DNA of 64,000 nucleotides, taken from positions 32,001 through 96,000 of the forward strand of contig CAVVOP010000032.1 of assembly GCA_963749915.1 (NCBI GenBank). The letters run 5' to 3'. The notes under the pieces are model-generated. The model was not told the origin of the DNA, ran no database searches, and saw only the letters and a list, made by a program, of their open reading frames with translations. The DNA comes from an uncultured cyanobacterium. Its GTDB lineage: Bacteria; Cyanobacteriota; Cyanobacteriia; Cyanobacteriales; Cyanobacteriaceae. Both the position numbers and the translations under genes were made by a program. Positions 61,411 through 64,000 of this stretch are shown piece after piece. Positions within the stretch are counted from its first letter, which is position 1. Every line of letters starts with the position of its first letter.

Positions 61411-61965
61411 ATGATAACTGTACCCAAAAATAGAAAATTGGTTTATTTAATGAGGGGATTACCTAGTTCCGGTAAAAGCTACACAGCTTCTCAATTAGTC
61501 AGAAAAAGAGGAGTAATCTGCGAAACTGAACAATACTTTTATACTGAAGTGGGAAATGACCCAACTAAGTTTGACTATAAACCAGAGTTGATGGAAATAG
61601 CCCGTGAATGGAATTTTGGGAAATTTAAACAGGCGATCGCCGAAGAAATCTCTCCGATCGTCGTTGATCGGGGTAATGGACTCAATCAGGAAACTAAACG
61701 CTATGCCCAATATGCCGTAGAACATAGCTATAAAGTTGAATTAAAAGAGCCAGATTCTTTATGGTGGCAAGAAATTAGAGTATTACTCAAACATAAAGAA
61801 TATACTTGGCCTATTTTAGAAGTGTGGGCGAAAGAACTAGAAAAAATGAGTCGTTCTACTCATAGGGTGCCATCATCTGTATTTTTGAGTCGCATGAAAT
61901 CTTGGAAATGGGATCTTACTGTCGAAGATATTCTCAATTGGGAGGAAATTCCGCCAACAAGCTGA
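61411..61965 (+). CDS. AAA_33/NEDD4-BP2-like P-loop kinase, paralog 2
   Basis: YLMRGLPSSGKS, PIVVDRGN and HRVP; colinear with paralog 1. Confidence 0.8.
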   Translation: MITVPKNRKLVYLMRGLPSSGKSYTASQLVRKRGVICETEQYFYTEVGNDPTKFDYKPELMEIAREWNFGKFKQAIAEEISPIVVDRGNGLNQETKRYAQYAVEHSYKVELKEPDSLWWQEIRVLLKHKEYTWPILEVWAKELEKMSRSTHRVPSSVFLSRMKSWKWDLTVEDILNWEEIPPTS

Positions 61966-62308
61966 ATAAAGACCATTTTTCGTTTGTACTATCTCCCTTG
62001 TCTGCTGTCCTTCGTTCCTTAGTTAGTTATTAAAAATTTACCTTTTTTAACTAGACATGGTTAGTATTTCTCAGTTATACTTAAGGGTATATTAAAAAAA
62101 TACTTAAGGAATTATTTTTAAGTAGCGAGCAAATAAATAGAACGAAAACAAGCTAAATCTTATTTTATTACTGACGAAACAGCAGTCTTAAAATTATGGC
62201 TACAGCAGTTAAATATTTAAGCAGTAAGAGCTTAATCGGTCTGTTAACCATCAATAAACTATCATTACAAACACCTACATACGGTGGAAAAGATATCAAT
62301 ACTCCTAC

Positions 62309-62563
62309 TGGTCTATCAATTTTGAAATGAGGGATAGGGAAATTCTCCAAAATCCAAAAGCGGTCAGACCCCAGCACGCGGTCAACGCGCAGGCGATGCG
62401 ACCCTGGGGATTTTTGCAATCCGCCAACGTCCGGTACAAGCGTCTGGGGAAACCCCAGATGACACGGACTCAGGAATGCGCACTACGAGAGGGAATGCTG
62501 ACCAAGAGAGCCAAAATCCAAAATTATCCGTTCCCAGTTTCTCAAAACTATCTTGACAGACCA
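62309..62563 (+). mobile_element. MITE family X copy 3 with nested 151-nt GC-rich insert (62360-62510), TSD CTAC
   Basis: Both arms align to copies 1 and 2; CTAC at 62305-62308 and 62564-62567. Confidence 0.9.
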
Positions 62564-62597
62564 CTACCGTAAGCCCTATTTAATCTATTAAGCCCCT

Positions 62598-64000
62598 ATG
62601 TTTTCTCTGTATGAACCCCAAAATACCTCGATTCTTGAAGCACCTATAGAAAATTCATATGTCTACCCCTTTGACGGCGGCTATAATAATTTGGCTTACG
62701 TCGACTGGGGAATCGCCAACAGTCCACTCTTAAATATGGCCCCTTTGGCTTATGAAGATGAATATTCAACCCCGACCGGGAGCGATCGCCCTAATCCTCG
62801 AGTAATCAGCAATGCCCTCGCCCAACAAAATGAAAGTATCCCTGATCCACGGGGACTGACTAATTTTATTTGGGCTTGGGGACAATTTCTTGATCATGAT
62901 TTAGACCTAACTCCAGAACTATCTTACGAGGAAGCCTCTAGCCAAGACCGATTCATTAACATTCCCGTACCCGCTGGCGATCCTTACCTTGATCCATCAG
63001 GAACAGGCACCATGACCATCGAGATGCGGGATACTGTGTACATGGAAGGCACTGGCACTGATACGGAAAATCCTCGCCAATTGCCTAACATCGTCACCAG
63101 TTGGCTGGACGGCTCTCAAATCTACGGCTCCAGTGAGGAACGGGCTAAGGCTTTGCGTACTCTTTCAGGGGGACAAATGCGGGTAAGCGATGGTAATTTG
63201 TTGCCTCTGAATACAACAGGTATGGAAAACGACAATCCCAGCCAACGCCCAGCTGAATCTTTGTTTGCGGCTGGGGATGTCAGGGCCAATGAAAATGTGG
63301 TGCTCAGCTCCATGCATACCCTGTTTATGCGGGAACATAATCGCTTAGCTGAGGAACTTGCGGCAGTCCACCCTGACTGGACAGATGAGCAACTTTATCA
63401 GCGGGCAAGGCAAATCAACATCGCCCAAATACAGAGCATTACTTACAAAGAATATTTACCAACCCTTCTAGGGGTAGATACACTACCAGACTACAACGGC
63501 TATGAACCAACTGTGAATCCTGGTATTAGTCGCACCTTTTCGACGGCGGCTTTTCGGCTAGGGCACACCCAACTCAGCACTGAAATTGTGCGGTTAGATA
63601 ACGACGGCAATGTCATTCCTTCTGGAAATCTCACCCTAGCAGAGTCGTTTTTTCCTGGCAGTGGAGCCTTGCAGGAAGCCGGAATAGATCCGATCCTGCG
63701 GGGATTGGCGGCGTCCGCTAGTCAGCGAGTCGATACCGAAACCATTAATGATGTGCGGAACTTGCTGTTTGGTTTTGGTCCCGCTGCCAGTGCCCGCGAT
63801 CTCTTTGCCATCAATATTCAACGGGGGCGGGCGAATGGTCTATGTGATTACAACACTTTGCGGACAGCCTTTGGGCTGAAACGGGTACAGAGCTTTGCTG
63901 AAATTACCAGTGATCTCGGTAAACAAGCTGCTCTCGAATCCCTGTATAGCTCGGTTGATAACATCGACGCTTTTGTCGGTATGCTAGCGGAGGATTTGCA
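62598..64000 (+). CDS. Animal-type heme peroxidase (peroxidase-cyclooxygenase superfamily), 3'-truncated by the window edge
   Basis: Absent from the ORF track because there is no stop codon in the window. Manual translation gives DGGYNN, RPNPRVISN, WGQFLDHD, LDGSQIYGS, GDVRANEN, FMREHNR, AAFRLGH and INIQRGR. Confidence 0.92.
   Translation, partial: MFSLYEPQNTSILEAPIENSYVYPFDGGYNNLAYVDWGIANSPLLNMAPLAYEDEYSTPTGSDRPNPRVISNALAQQNESIPDPRGLTNFIWAWGQFLDHDLDLTPELSYEEASSQDRFINIPVPAGDPYLDPSGTGTMTIEMRDTVYMEGTGTDTENPRQLPNIVTSWLDGSQIYGSSEERAKALRTLSGGQMRVSDGNLLPLNTTGMENDNPSQRPAESLFAAGDVRANENVVLSSMHTLFMREHNRLAEELAAVHPDWTDEQLYQRARQINIAQIQSITYKEYLPTLLGVDTLPDYNGYEPTVNPGISRTFSTAAFRLGHTQLSTEIVRLDNDGNVIPSGNLTLAESFFPGSGALQEAGIDPILRGLAASASQRVDTETINDVRNLLFGFGPAASARDLFAINIQRGRANGLCDYNTLRTAFGLKRVQSFAEITSDLGKQAALESLYSSVDNIDAFVGMLAEDL

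Noticed and set aside
62168..62572. Short ORFs spanning MITE copy 3
   Set aside because: They cross the MITE/insert junctions, have no transposase motifs and are explained by local GC richness.

Overview
AT-rich chromosomal window from a cyanobacterium. HIP1 (GCGATCGC) is abundant, and cpcE, CP12, PEP-CTERM and pilMNOQ genes are present; a Geminocystis/Cyanobacterium-like host is my inference. The housekeeping backbone (mutS, cpcE, pilMNOQ, ileS, hisS, ftsH, furC, cobK, xth, frmA, accB, efp, trpC) is interrupted by several accessory patches. (1) A scar zone at 4-7.6 kb: marC and SulP remnants, an orphan NHLP-type HlyD gene, an unannotated Trp-rich small ORF and higBA. (2) A visibly GC-richer island at about 12.2-18 kb: adk-ferredoxin-thioredoxin-Zn finger-CBS/CP12-pyrF/pyrE, divergent from a stand-alone recombinase DNA-binding-domain protein and a 4xCBS protein. 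(3) An RND gene bracketed by a 161-bp inverted repeat that also supplies its C-terminus. (4) A defective IS200/IS605 element with an intact tnpB and right end. (5) A cbpA-cbpM island. (6) A 53.7-64 kb surface-protein region (PilX-like gene, SdrD-B repeat adhesin with GGSKGT tracts, tandem P-loop kinases, animal-type heme peroxidase) with three copies of one MITE, one carrying a nested 151-nt structured insert. In-frame insertions occur in IleRS (IS66-N-terminus-like) and PilQ (period-4 segment). I found no rRNA, tRNA or CRISPR array. All family assignments come from motif recognition, not database searches.
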